A stretch of DNA of 64,000 nucleotides from an uncultured Thermococci archaeon (GCA_964595645.1 CAZQQT010000002.1:128001-192000), one strand, 5' to 3'. Shown: positions 51,667 through 61,855, numbered from the stretch's first letter. Numbers and translations are program-made. The notes: generated from the letters alone by a model not told the origin.

Positions 51667-52527
51667 ATGAAGAAATACCTTTTTCTCTATATAATTTTAT
51701 TTTTATTCCTTTTTTACACAAATGGATTTTATACGTATTTTTATTACGAAAATGAACCTGTAAAGGAAGATTTTGGACTTTTCCAGGTCGAGAAGTACCC
51801 TAATGGGCATGAGTCTGTATTTCTCGTCACCGTCGACGATATTTCGTATTATACCGATCCGGATGAGCTCCGTGAGTTTCTGGAACGCATGGAGAAGAAG
51901 CGCGTGCATCCAACACTTTTTGCGATTCCTTTCCATACTGGGAGAAAAATCACGGAGAATACTGAGCTTGTGCAGGTTTTACAGGAGTACGATGTAGAAG
52001 TAGCTCAACATGGATATCGACATGTGGAGAAGGAGTTTAAACTACAATCTTACGAAGAGCAGAAACGTATGATACAAAAGGGGAGGATAATACTTGCAGA
52101 GGGATTTACCATATCTGGATTTAGAGCTCCGGGATTTTACCATACCTTCACGACATCCGAAGTATTGAGTGATCTTGGATATCTCTATGAGAGCGAGATG
52201 AGTGTGATTGATAGGTTCTACATCCGTAATCTCCTTCAGCTACCGCATACGCCTGGAGGACGTGTCTATATGACGCATTCTCTGAATCCATCAATTGACA
52301 TCCTGGAAAATGCATGGTCTCCCACCATGAAAACATTTGCAGAATGGTGGCTGTTCAGGCACGATCTCAAGGCAGATTATTATACTGAAGGAGACAACCT
52401 TTACATCAACTTAAGTGAATTTAGGGAGGGGCTTACAATTATACTTAAAGAGGATTACAACGTGCATATACACTGTGATGGAGAAGAACTCGAGTACCAT
52501 AGGAAAGGGAAAACTATCACTCTTTAA
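51667..52527 (+). CDS. Polysaccharide deacetylase-like (DUF2334) membrane-anchored protein
   Basis: N-terminal TM, TVDD, HGYRH, FRAPG. Confidence 0.75.
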   Translation: MKKYLFLYIILFLFLFYTNGFYTYFYYENEPVKEDFGLFQVEKYPNGHESVFLVTVDDISYYTDPDELREFLERMEKKRVHPTLFAIPFHTGRKITENTELVQVLQEYDVEVAQHGYRHVEKEFKLQSYEEQKRMIQKGRIILAEGFTISGFRAPGFYHTFTTSEVLSDLGYLYESEMSVIDRFYIRNLLQLPHTPGGRVYMTHSLNPSIDILENAWSPTMKTFAEWWLFRHDLKADYYTEGDNLYINLSEFREGLTIILKEDYNVHIHCDGEELEYHRKGKTITL

Positions 52528-52529
52528 TT

Positions 52530-53747
52530 TCAGTCATAGATCTTTTTCACAGCTACTTTCGTGATACGGCATGGAGAATCCTTCAGATCCTTTCCAAATC
52601 CTTCTCTCTTCTCTATTAATGTCTCCACACATGCTCTTGCCGTGGTGAACTCCCGTGCTATTTCCGTGCAGAGTCTATCATCTCTCACAAAAACATCTCT
52701 ATGTGTCTCAATGAATTTTTTACAGTTCTCTCTATCGTAAATGAAGGGACCCTCGTGCATTTTCGTTTTGGGGAGTGTACTCACCTCGAGCTCGAGGAGT
52801 ATTCCCGTGTTGAATACACCCGTTCGGTAGATCCGAAATCCATGGTCCTCCAACTGCTGACAGAGAAAATCTCGAGTTTTTCGTAATTGAGGGAAGAGGA
52901 GCTCTTCCATAATCTCCGTCTCGAACTGTAACACGAGGAGTTCCGTTCCGGGAGCGCGCGTGTATTCCCGTTGAACAGATTCAAATTTTCTGTCGTTAAG
53001 GAATTTTCGCGCATAGTAAATGAATTCTGCGAATTTCTGGAGGCTTACACAGGAGGCTGCATTTCTGTTGGTGTCTACGGGGTCGATGATGGTAAGTGGA
53101 TCTGAAAACTCTCTTTCCGTGCCATTAAACGATATTGTTTGATTTTTTTTCCAGCGAGCTGCCACCTTCAACACATCCTCAAAGCTTCCGTAGTAAATAA
53201 TAAGCAGTTCACAGAGATATCCAGAGAATCCACGAATTTTAAACTCGGATCCATAGACATCAACGAGTTTCATGTATTTTTTTAAAATTCTCGTTTCATT
53301 CTTTTGTCGATCCGTCATATTGTGGAGTACGAACTGTGTGTGAAGTGGTGTTCTATCAACACTGCTCTTCATCTCTTCTATTGTCTGTATATTGTAGCAG
53401 GGGACGATATCCACATCGTGCTTTTCGATTTCTCCGTGCACGTATGGGTGTTCAGCGTATTTTACTTTATAACTTCCGTCGAACTCCTCAAACACATCTT
53501 TTCCAATTTGCAATGCACGTTTTTTAAGCTCCTCTCTTGAGGTCTCAAGAGGAAAGAAGATGAAGATGTCTAGGTCCTTATCTCCTTTTAAACTTGTGTC
53601 TTTGGCAAAGGATCCCTGCACCGTTGCTTCCCTGCGGTATTTCTTTTTAATGTATTTCTTTATTCGTCGACAAAGATCAAACCCCCTTTCGATCTCCTCT
53701 TGCGACGGCGTTATTTTTTTCAATATCTCTTCTCTATCGTATTTCAT
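52530..53747 (-). CDS. cca: Class I CCA-adding enzyme
   Basis: GSFAKDT.L..D.DLDIF, YAEHPY, DIVPCY, GFSGYLCEL, DPVD..RN. Confidence 0.95.
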   Translation of the reverse strand: MKYDREEILKKITPSQEEIERGFDLCRRIKKYIKKKYRREATVQGSFAKDTSLKGDKDLDIFIFFPLETSREELKKRALQIGKDVFEEFDGSYKVKYAEHPYVHGEIEKHDVDIVPCYNIQTIEEMKSSVDRTPLHTQFVLHNMTDRQKNETRILKKYMKLVDVYGSEFKIRGFSGYLCELLIIYYGSFEDVLKVAARWKKNQTISFNGTEREFSDPLTIIDPVDTNRNAASCVSLQKFAEFIYYARKFLNDRKFESVQREYTRAPGTELLVLQFETEIMEELLFPQLRKTRDFLCQQLEDHGFRIYRTGVFNTGILLELEVSTLPKTKMHEGPFIYDRENCKKFIETHRDVFVRDDRLCTEIAREFTTARACVETLIEKREGFGKDLKDSPCRITKVAVKKIYD

Positions 53748-54295
53748 AACCTTACTTCCTTGAGATCAGAGTAAATAGGACCCTGAGGAGTTAAATCACT
53801 TTTTTTTATTGTCACGATCTCCACAGGCATTGTTCCCACTTCCACATTTTTTAGCTCTTTCAGAATTTCTATGAACTTTTCCTTGTTTTTGGCTCCCTTT
53901 ACTCGTGCAATGGTGAGATGAGGTACATAATCCTTTTCTTTTTTAAACCCGAGGGATTGGAGATCTCTGTTCAGGATGTTTGCAATCTCCGTCATCAGTT
54001 CGTTTCCCTCTCGCACACCGATCCACACCACCTTTATGTACGAGAAACTTGGGAACGCACCCAGCCCTCGCAGGGTGATCTCAAAGGGATCATAGTTTTT
54101 GAGATTTGTTTTCACTCGTTCATGTATCTCATCCAGCCGGTGTTCTTCTATCTCTCCAAGAAATTTCAGGGTGAAGTGGAGATTCTCCGGTTCTACAAAT
54201 TTTATTTGCATATGTTTTGTTCCTATTCGGTTCTGTATGTCTACCACTTTGCTCTTCAGTCTTTCAGCAAGATCCACAGCGATAAAGGTTCTCAT
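53744..54295 (-). CDS. thpR: RNA 2',3'-cyclic phosphodiesterase (2H family)
   Basis: HFTL and HLTI 2H motifs, GPIY. Confidence 0.92.
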   Translation of the reverse strand: MRTFIAVDLAERLKSKVVDIQNRIGTKHMQIKFVEPENLHFTLKFLGEIEEHRLDEIHERVKTNLKNYDPFEITLRGLGAFPSFSYIKVVWIGVREGNELMTEIANILNRDLQSLGFKKEKDYVPHLTIARVKGAKNKEKFIEILKELKNVEVGTMPVEIVTIKKSDLTPQGPIYSDLKEVRL

Positions 54296-54768
54296 TTTTT
54301 ACTCACCTGCATTTTTTCCCATGGAAATACTATCCATTTGTCTGTACACATGATGTAGTAATCGGGATCAAAGATACTGCTCGGTTTTTTTGCGATGACC
54401 GCTACACGCACTTCTTCCGGATTTTTTTCCTCAAGATGTTTTTTTACTTCCACAAGTGTTTCTCCTGTATCTGCCACGTCGTCGATCACCAGTACCCGTT
54501 TGCCTGTGATATCAGCGGTGAGAGGAATGGTCACCGTAGGTTTTTCATTTGTTTCGCCTACGTCTTTATAGAACTTCAGTCCCATTACTCGTAACGGGAG
54601 CTCGCCGATATGTGAGAATCGCACTGCTGGTGGCAGTCCTCCTCGGGAGACCCCAATAAGGACGTCAGGGTCATACTCTTTCAAAATTGTGTCGGCCAGT
54701 GTCCAGACGGCTTCATCTATCGTATACCAATCGAGATATTCTTTTTCCATAGTGTATCTCTCCATCAA
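54292..54768 (-). CDS. Type I phosphoribosyltransferase (purine salvage type)
   Basis: SRGG, VIDDVADTGET, WIVFPWE. Confidence 0.88.
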   Translation of the reverse strand: MMERYTMEKEYLDWYTIDEAVWTLADTILKEYDPDVLIGVSRGGLPPAVRFSHIGELPLRVMGLKFYKDVGETNEKPTVTIPLTADITGKRVLVIDDVADTGETLVEVKKHLEEKNPEEVRVAVIAKKPSSIFDPDYYIMCTDKWIVFPWEKMQVSKK

Positions 54769-55100
54769 CAGGTGAGGTGCAATCCAGCACCCACTTTCTT
54801 TTTATCTCTCAGCGTGTTATAGAGCTCACAGGCTTTCTCTGTCTGCTTTGCGTTGAGCTCTATCCCTTGTGATTCCAGATGATCCTTTACCTTTGTCGGG
54901 ACTTTGAGCACACCTAAGGATCCTGTGCCAATGATCAGAATCTCAGGGTCCTTGTTGAGGATCCACTCCAGATCCTGTACCTGCAAGGTGTGTCCCTTCT
55001 CTCTCCACCACTCTCGTATCTCGTCCTCGAAGATGAGCACATCGTTTGTGTAGGTTTTCCCGTTGATGGAGATTTTTCCGAACCTGTAATTCTCTATCAT
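54765..55100 (-). CDS. Mth938/DUF498 domain protein
   Basis: MIENYRFG.I, IIGTG..G, AC..YN, HLTC C-terminus. Confidence 0.88.
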   Translation of the reverse strand: MIENYRFGKISINGKTYTNDVLIFEDEIREWWREKGHTLQVQDLEWILNKDPEILIIGTGSLGVLKVPTKVKDHLESQGIELNAKQTEKACELYNTLRDKKKVGAGLHLTC

Positions 55101-55174
55101 ATGTATACTGTACGATGTGGCGCTTTTTATTTTTTCCGTAAACAATTTAAACATGAACTCCTCACTCTCCTCAG

Positions 55175-55855
55175 ATGATACAGGGAATTCTTTTTGATGC
55201 AGGGGGCACACTTATTCGAATGGAGCCTGAGGTCAGCACCACCATATATGTCCGCATTCAGGAACACGGTGTAACAGAAGAAGAGGTTTCTAAGGCGTAC
55301 AAAAAAGCGGCTAAGGAGTTTTACCAGACGTATTATTCTCAAAATATTGATACAAGTAGGTTTTGGGCAGCGTTTATTCAATCAGTTCTCGATGATCTCG
55401 GCATCGAAGAGGAACTCGGAGAGGAGATCTACAACACAATAAAGGAAAAAACGGAGTTTGTGGCATACCCAGAAACGTCTGACGTACTAAAAAATCTTTC
55501 TAGCGATTATACACTTGGAATCGTCTCTAATTGGGATTTGGAAGTACAAATTGGTGATGTCCTCGAAGAATTAGATCTTAGAAAGTATTTTTCTACCATT
55601 GTTGTCTCAAACGAGTTAAAAGTTCTTAAACCGAATCCACAGATCTTCCTGAAAGCCCTGGAAAACATCCAGCTGGCCCCATCCCAGTGTTTTTATGTGG
55701 GTGATGATCCCTATGAAGATTTTTATGGAGCAAAAAATGTAGGGCTCATTCCATTGCTCCTCGATCGGGAAGGAGAGTATGATGCACTTGACAGTCCAAA
55801 AATCAGCGATTTAAAAGAGATACACGCGTATCTTGAGAGAGATAGATTTTTATAG
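55175..55855 (+). CDS. HAD-family hydrolase
   Basis: FDAGGTL, SN, KP.P.IF, VGD...D..GA. Confidence 0.88.
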   Translation: MIQGILFDAGGTLIRMEPEVSTTIYVRIQEHGVTEEEVSKAYKKAAKEFYQTYYSQNIDTSRFWAAFIQSVLDDLGIEEELGEEIYNTIKEKTEFVAYPETSDVLKNLSSDYTLGIVSNWDLEVQIGDVLEELDLRKYFSTIVVSNELKVLKPNPQIFLKALENIQLAPSQCFYVGDDPYEDFYGAKNVGLIPLLLDREGEYDALDSPKISDLKEIHAYLERDRFL

Positions 55856-55886
55856 CGACGCGCAGATAGAGTGTAGGTGAATAGTT

Positions 55887-56201
55887 ATGATAGTAGTAAA
55901 TACGGATTTTGTTCCAGGAAGAGAGATAGACAAAGAGTTGGGACTGGTCAGAGCAAACACCATACGTGCGAAACATGTAGGCAAAGACATTATGGCCGGA
56001 TTGAGGAATATTGTAGGTGGAGAGCTGAGAGAGTATACAGAAATGCTCTCAGAAGCACGAGAAGAAGCACTGCAGCGCATGGAAAAGGAGGCTGAAAAGA
56101 TTGGAGCCGATGCAGTGATTAATGTCCGGTTCATGACAAGTAGTGTGACGGGTGGAGCATCAGAGATCCTCGTTTACGGTACGGCCGTGAGGTTAAAGTA
56201 A
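55887..56201 (+). CDS. UPF0145/YbjQ family protein
   Basis: GL.NIVGGEL..Y, GADAV..VRF, YGTAV. Confidence 0.9.
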   Translation: MIVVNTDFVPGREIDKELGLVRANTIRAKHVGKDIMAGLRNIVGGELREYTEMLSEAREEALQRMEKEAEKIGADAVINVRFMTSSVTGGASEILVYGTAVRLK

Positions 56202-56414
56202 ATGGACCTTCTTAAAACAGCGGGATTTCTCTTTCTTGGCATAGGATTAGGTATTCCTGCTATCTACGGCCTCTATAAATTTATTGAGTTCATTCTCGGC
56301 GATGTTGCTTTGTTGGTAAAGATTCCTACACTGTTAATACTGATAGGTTTCCTATTCCTTGTAGTTTCTGCGGTATGGGATAGGCTAAAAGAAGAAAAAA
56401 TAGAAGGGGTATAA
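56202..56414 (+). CDS. Small two-TM membrane protein
   Basis: Directly follows the ybjQ-like stop; two hydrophobic helices. Confidence 0.7.
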   Translation: MDLLKTAGFLFLGIGLGIPAIYGLYKFIEFILGDVALLVKIPTLLILIGFLFLVVSAVWDRLKEEKIEGV

Positions 56415-56416
56415 TC

Positions 56417-56551
56417 TTACTTACAGGGCTCGACTTTCTTCATTGGCTTGCCGCAACAGACTAAGTGACACGTACTGCAGCTGCATCCTTCATCCACAAC
56501 GACCACGATACCGCACTCCTCACATTTGTATTTTTTCCCTTCTTCGGTCAT
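56417..56551 (-). CDS. Desulforedoxin-like 44-aa metal-binding protein
   Basis: Manual translation MTEEGKKYKCEECGIVVVVDEGCSCSTCHLVCCGKPMKKVEPCK; TTTAAATA upstream. Confidence 0.8.
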   Translation of the reverse strand: MTEEGKKYKCEECGIVVVVDEGCSCSTCHLVCCGKPMKKVEPCK

Positions 56552-56647
56552 TTTCTCACTAACAAATTCTAAGACAACAAATATTTAAACCTCATGATCA
56601 GTATCATACTTGACAGATTACTTTGTGTTTAATTCAGAGAGAAGACA

Positions 56648-57061
56648 ATGAAACAAAAAATACAAAAATCGGAGGAAGAGTGGAAAAAAACACTTACCCC
56701 AATACAGTTTAAAATTCTTCGTAAAAAAGGGACGGAATCTCCTTTCACTGGGAAGCACCTGTATAATACGAAAAATGGTGTGTATTGTTGTGCAGGTTGT
56801 GGACAAAAATTATTTTCTTCAGATACAAAGTATAACTCAGGAAGCGGCTGGCCGAGTTTCTGGGCACCTCTCTCTGGAGATCGGATCAAGATCGAGAAGG
56901 ATACCAGGCAGGACATGCAGCGTACCGAGGTATTGTGCAGTAAGTGCGGTGGGCATCTTGGCCATGTATTTAATGACGGCCCACAGCCCACAGGGAAACG
57001 ATATTGTACCAACTCTGCTGTCTTAGATTTTCATGAGGAACAAGAACCCAAAGATGTATAA
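56648..57061 (+). CDS. msrB: Methionine-R-sulfoxide reductase
   Basis: GTE.PF, GWPSF, RTEV.C..C..HLGHVF.DGP, RYC.NS. Confidence 0.96.
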   Translation: MKQKIQKSEEEWKKTLTPIQFKILRKKGTESPFTGKHLYNTKNGVYCCAGCGQKLFSSDTKYNSGSGWPSFWAPLSGDRIKIEKDTRQDMQRTEVLCSKCGGHLGHVFNDGPQPTGKRYCTNSAVLDFHEEQEPKDV

Positions 57062-57084
57062 ATAATGAGAGAGCATCGTGCTGT

Positions 57085-57936
57085 ATGGACGACTTTAAAA
57101 AGCCGATTGTGGTCTGCCTTGCAGTCAACGGTGCACTATTCACAATAAAATTTTTTGTAAGCATCGTTTCGGATAGTGCAGCTATATTCTCTGAAGCATT
57201 AAATTCCTTTTCAGACCTTATTTATACTGCAATTCTTCTTTTCGGGCTACACATCGCAATGAAAGCACCGGATGAAGATCATCCATATGGTCATCGACGG
57301 ATCGAGCCACTTATCAGTCTTCTTATCAGTGTATCCATCTTTTATGTGGGGTATCAGGCTGTGAGCCGTAGTATCTCACAAATAAAAACACCAGAAACTG
57401 TTATAGGGTATACACCAATCATTGTGCTTCTTGTTTCTATTTTTGTGAAATTCTTGATCTCCTTTTACCTCGAATCGGAAGGAAAACGCCATGGGATGCC
57501 CGCACTTCTTGCCACGGCAAAGGACTGTAAAAGCGACTCTCTCGCCTCTCTCTCAGCGCTCATAGGGGTGGTGGGAAACAAATTGGGATACTTAGTACTG
57601 GATCCTGTGGCGGGAATTCTCGTTTCCCTCTGGATCTTTGCCACAGGAATTAGTATTGTACGGGAGAATATTGGTTATCTTATTGGGAAAGCACCGCCAG
57701 AATCTGTGATCACGACAATAGAGGAAAAAATAAAGCAAACTCCTAATGTGAGGGATCCTCACGATATAAAAGCTCACTATGTAGGCCCAAAGCTCCACGT
57801 CTCCGTGCATGTTTATGTACCAAAGGACAAGAGTTTTGAGGAGATACACAGACTGGAGGAACGTATTGCAAAGAAAATTGAAGAGATGGACGAAGTGGAT
57901 ACCGCATTTGTGCACGTGGATCCTGTTAGTGAGTAA
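57085..57936 (+). CDS. Cation diffusion facilitator transporter
   Basis: PDEDHPYGH.R.E, six TM, C-terminal VHVDP. Confidence 0.9.
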   Translation: MDDFKKPIVVCLAVNGALFTIKFFVSIVSDSAAIFSEALNSFSDLIYTAILLFGLHIAMKAPDEDHPYGHRRIEPLISLLISVSIFYVGYQAVSRSISQIKTPETVIGYTPIIVLLVSIFVKFLISFYLESEGKRHGMPALLATAKDCKSDSLASLSALIGVVGNKLGYLVLDPVAGILVSLWIFATGISIVRENIGYLIGKAPPESVITTIEEKIKQTPNVRDPHDIKAHYVGPKLHVSVHVYVPKDKSFEEIHRLEERIAKKIEEMDEVDTAFVHVDPVSE

Positions 57937-58026
57937 TATGCATTTTGCAACTTTAGTAGGAATATCAAAATTTATCGAAAGACTTAAAGCCTGGAAATCA
58001 CATAAAAGAGGAAAGGAGTAGATCTC

Positions 58027-58881
58027 ATGAACAACAAAAAAGAAGAAGTAAAATATTGTCCAAAATGTGGATCCCCAATTAAGGAGGATTCCAAATTTTG
58101 TGAAAACTGCGGCTTCGATCTCTCAGAAAGGAAGAAAGAAGAAAAGAAGGAAGTGAAAAAAACACCGGCAACGATCGATCCAAAGATCATTGGAGTCATC
58201 GCATTAATTGTTGTAATAGCTATAGGAGGGCTTTACGTTCTCTTTTTAGATAAAGGAGGAAAGGATCTCACAACAGAAACTCCTGTTCCTACAACATCAG
58301 CAGGAGCGACGGTGGTACCAACTACCACAGCTGCTTCTACTACAACAGCTCCCCCCACTACCACAGCCGCCCCTACTACTACTGCGGCTCCCACGACGAC
58401 AGCCGCCCCTACTACACCACCATCTACTACACCAGCACCTACTACCCCCATTCCAACAACGCCAGCATCCGCACCCCCTCAGACTATCTTAACAGGGGGA
58501 ATGAATGATTCACTTGATGATGGGCGACTTTCTGTAGTAGTATGGAATGTTACGTCTTCCTATCGTGGATGGCGTCCCGGAGGATACTTCGTAGAGGTAT
58601 TTATTGTCAATACGGCAAAGAAGGAGCTACAGTGGAAACCGACAGTAATGAAGGCAATTGATTCTACCGGAACATCCGTTGAGTGTACCATTGAAAACTC
58701 ATTTATTCTTTCAGGAACAGAGGAAAAACTCAGCGTCGTTGAACAAGTTTTTGATCCTGATGAGGGATTTCGATTATGGCTCAACTTTGAAACGGGCATG
58801 TACCTCCCAAAAACATTCATACTGGTGAACGAGTACAGCGATGGCTCCACCACACGGTGGGAAATAACACTGCAGTTGTAG
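58027..58881 (+). CDS. Zinc-ribbon + single TM + Pro/Thr linker + extracellular domain protein
   Basis: YCPKCG....FCENCG, TM helix, PTTTAA repeats. Confidence 0.8.
   Translation: MNNKKEEVKYCPKCGSPIKEDSKFCENCGFDLSERKKEEKKEVKKTPATIDPKIIGVIALIVVIAIGGLYVLFLDKGGKDLTTETPVPTTSAGATVVPTTTAASTTTAPPTTTAAPTTTAAPTTTAAPTTPPSTTPAPTTPIPTTPASAPPQTILTGGMNDSLDDGRLSVVVWNVTSSYRGWRPGGYFVEVFIVNTAKKELQWKPTVMKAIDSTGTSVECTIENSFILSGTEEKLSVVEQVFDPDEGFRLWLNFETGMYLPKTFILVNEYSDGSTTRWEITLQL
58318..58478 (+). repeat. Degenerate 18-bp coding tandem repeat (PTTTAA-like linker)
   Basis: Repeated PTTTAA units with synonymous variation. Confidence 0.8.
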
Positions 58882-59023
58882 TTCTTTTCTTTTTATATAA
58901 TGTTACCAGAAAGGGTGGATCTTTCATAGAGTTTAACGAACCCACCCAAAAAAAGTTACTTCTCATTAATATGTTATTATTTTAGGCGAAAAGAATAAAT
59001 ATCAGAAAATATCTACTACTAAT

Positions 59024-59317
59024 ATGAAGGAGAATTTGGACGAAGTAAGAGAACATGTTCGTGTACTAGGACGCAAAGGATTTTATGAGATACTTACGCA
59101 CATAAAAAACAATGATCGGGTTATCCTCTCGGATCTCCTTCCCATTGCCGGCCACGGCACCGTCATGGACAGACGGGAAGAGCTTCTCGATCTGGGGTTG
59201 ATCTCCGATAAAAAGATCAAAGAAGGGAGACGGAACTACATTGTGTACGAACTGACACCGAAGGGGGAGAAGTTCTTGACACAGTTGGATAAACTGGTGG
59301 AAATACTTATGGAATGA
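59024..59317 (+). CDS. Winged-helix DNA-binding protein
   Basis: L.DLGLI...Y.LTPKG wing motif. Confidence 0.75.
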   Translation: MKENLDEVREHVRVLGRKGFYEILTHIKNNDRVILSDLLPIAGHGTVMDRREELLDLGLISDKKIKEGRRNYIVYELTPKGEKFLTQLDKLVEILME

Positions 59318-59409
59318 CGTGTTTCTCAAAAAGTGACAGTAAAGTATATCTTTAATTAGTTTTTCTTTTCAATAGAAACATTTATATATTCTTTTCCAGA
59401 TGAATACCA

Positions 59410-60183
59410 ATGAAAAATGAACATCGAGAAACTAACAGCAAGTTTCGGTTTCTACAAAATTTTAACGCACTTATGGGTGTGTTCCACCTAATACAGGCTG
59501 TGTCAATGATACTACTGAGCAACGAGTTTTCTCTGCCCATAACAAAGACATTTCTCCGATTTAATGAAGCGACCTCACGACTTGTGCCGGTAACAGAAGA
59601 GGTTACAACGCTACGTATCGGACCTGCAGTCGCGCTCTTCCTTTTGACGTCCGCTGTGGCACACTTTATTCTCGCCTCTCCCATGGGCTACCCGTGGTAC
59701 GTGAAAAACTTGAAAAAGCACATTAATTACCTTCGTTGGATCGAATACTCACTTAGCGCGTCATGGATGATTGTACTCATTGCAATGTTAGTTGGTATCT
59801 ATGATGTTGGTACACTGTTGGCCCTCTTTGGACTGACAGCGGTCATGAACCTCTGTGGCCTGATCATGGAGATCCATAATCGAACGACAGAGACAACGAA
59901 CTGGACTTCGTACATTGTCGGCTGCATTGCAGGCATCATCCCGTGGATAGTAATATTCATTTCGCTTACCAGTGCAGGAACGGTGCCGGACTTTGTGATT
60001 GCGATATTTATCTCAATTGCAGTGTTTTTCAACCTCTTCGCTATCAACATGGTACTTCAGTATAAAAAGGTCTGGAAATGGAAGAATTACTTATACGGCG
60101 AGAAAATGTACATTTTACTCAGTCTTCTGGCAAAATCAGCGCTTGCATGGCAAGTATTCGCAGGAACGCTTCGTCCCGTCTAA
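59410..60183 (+). CDS. Heliorhodopsin
   Basis: FN..MG.FH.IQA, SAVAH, NYLRWIEYSLSAS, YILLSLLAKSALAW with retinal-binding Lys; seven TM. Confidence 0.93.
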   Translation: MKNEHRETNSKFRFLQNFNALMGVFHLIQAVSMILLSNEFSLPITKTFLRFNEATSRLVPVTEEVTTLRIGPAVALFLLTSAVAHFILASPMGYPWYVKNLKKHINYLRWIEYSLSASWMIVLIAMLVGIYDVGTLLALFGLTAVMNLCGLIMEIHNRTTETTNWTSYIVGCIAGIIPWIVIFISLTSAGTVPDFVIAIFISIAVFFNLFAINMVLQYKKVWKWKNYLYGEKMYILLSLLAKSALAWQVFAGTLRPV

Positions 60184-60185
60184 TC

Positions 60186-60204
60186 TTTTCTTCTTTTTCT
60201 TTTT
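60186..60204 (+). terminator. Oligo-T terminator after heliorhodopsin
   Basis: TTTTCTTCTTTTTCTTTTT immediately after the stop codon. Confidence 0.6.
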
Positions 60205-60222
60205 CAGCATCATTTAGAAGAG

Positions 60223-60333
60223 CTCGGAGAGGAGACAATGATGGTACCGGTGGCTTGCTGGTGATCCAATGGCCGAGCACACGATGACTGTTCTCCTCTC
60301 CGAGGGGAGGCCAACGGAGACATAGCATTCCGT
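60223..60333. ncRNA. Putative structured RNA or long hairpin element, family and strand unknown
   Basis: Perfect 13-bp CTCGGAGAGGAGA/TCTCCTCTCCGAG stem, further inner pairing, second small hairpin; GC-rich island. Confidence 0.4.
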
Positions 60334-60385
60334 ACCTATAAAAAGCTTTTTGCTATTATAACAGGGAAAAAATGTCTTCATTTTC

Positions 60386-61714
60386 TCATGAAATACTCTC
60401 GACAATCCATGCTGTCCGTTCTATCCGCATTTTTTCTGTGTCACCTTCCCCCCAGAACCACCAGAGTGGGACCTGCAAAAATTGTGCGACATAGTTATTA
60501 GGTGCGAAGGGGACAAGGGAGATATTGTATCCTTTATTCAGAATCACTCGGTTGTTATCCATGTTGTCGAAGTAATACTCTCGGTTAGCAGGTTCAACCT
60601 GCCCAATGTTCGGATCCACGGGGATCCATCCAAATGGCTCGAGATAGAACTCGGCCCAGGCATGGGTATTCGCTATCCCAGAAACTGCCCAGTAGCCTAC
60701 CACAGGACGTGCTGGGATGCCGTGGGCTCTACACAGCGCTACAAAAAGCGCTGCATAATCACTACACTCACCTTTCCCTGTGGTTAGACATTCTTTTGCA
60801 CCGAACAATCCCTTTCCCAATCGTTCATACTGCACAGTATCGATTATATAGTCGTAGAACTTACGAGCAACGAGATACGGATTTGTTTCTTCGCCGGCTA
60901 CCTGATTAGCAGTGGCAATTATCTGTTGATCTGCTGCCTCAATAAACTGTTCTGAGCGAGTGTACAGGTCGTAGAGTGGATCAGCCGTATCGTACGACTC
61001 AACACTTGCTGGATCGATATTCGTCACCGTTTCATACGCAGTAAAGGAGAATTTGAGGATAAATTGGGCACTTTCTCCTGAGACGGGAGTGGATTGTTGC
61101 CAGTAATAGATGCCATTCCCGAATACAGGATCTGTTCCTTCCTCAGTTGGTGGAGGGTCTACCGTTTCTATCGTGATATCCCGTTGGCCACCCCATGCAA
61201 TGGGCCGGGGCTGGTATACTCGCAGCTCATCGAGAGTAAACCCCTCATTGTACACAGTGACTATATAGGTTACACGGTACCGCTGCGGATTTTGGAAGGT
61301 AAGTGGGTCCGCGGGTTCTGCAGTGACATGAATCGTCCTTGTGATATTTCCTGCAGAAATTTCTACGTTCCCCTCAACGCCTACTGTTTCCCGGAATTCA
61401 ACTGTTCGATATCCTTTACCTTCTATTTCTATGGATTGATTCATCTTTTTATTCCCTAGCGTCACGGAAACGGTATATTTACCAGAAACATCTCCTTTGT
61501 TTTGGACATCCACAGGTATAATTATTGCATCTCCCACCGTAACACTCTCAGGAGCTACACGCAGATCAACGACCTCAAACGCTGGAGGTGCAGCCGTTGG
61601 AGACGGTTGTGTGGTAGGAGGTGTTGTTGATTCAGATGGGACACTGATACACCCAACAAATAGCATGATCACTAGTCCAATTCCTATAATTTTAGGGAGA
61701 ATTGTTTTTTCCAT
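60386..61714 (-). CDS. Lipoprotein with Ig-like and transglutaminase-like domains
   Basis: Lipobox LFVGC; GECSDYA, HAWAE, VDP catalytic triad. Confidence 0.85.
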   Translation of the reverse strand: MEKTILPKIIGIGLVIMLFVGCISVPSESTTPPTTQPSPTAAPPAFEVVDLRVAPESVTVGDAIIIPVDVQNKGDVSGKYTVSVTLGNKKMNQSIEIEGKGYRTVEFRETVGVEGNVEISAGNITRTIHVTAEPADPLTFQNPQRYRVTYIVTVYNEGFTLDELRVYQPRPIAWGGQRDITIETVDPPPTEEGTDPVFGNGIYYWQQSTPVSGESAQFILKFSFTAYETVTNIDPASVESYDTADPLYDLYTRSEQFIEAADQQIIATANQVAGEETNPYLVARKFYDYIIDTVQYERLGKGLFGAKECLTTGKGECSDYAALFVALCRAHGIPARPVVGYWAVSGIANTHAWAEFYLEPFGWIPVDPNIGQVEPANREYYFDNMDNNRVILNKGYNISLVPFAPNNYVAQFLQVPLWWFWGEGDTEKMRIERTAWIVESIS

Positions 61715-61855
61715 ATCAATCGAGTGCTTTTTGTCTTTTTATGGTTTGGGGCTGAGTAGATTATAGACGTTGTGTGAGTCATGTAGTCATTTCTGAAATC
61801 TGAGAGATGAAAGTATTCTTTGGAGTGCAGTGAGGGCACTTTCAACAAGAATAAG

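Noticed and set aside
58318-58478. CRISPR-like or DNA-level repeat
   Set aside because: Coding Pro/Thr linker with synonymous variation and no spacers
61770-61835. Possible C/D-box sRNA (CTGA, AGATGA, GTGA words)
   Set aside because: No convincing box C and no identifiable guide target
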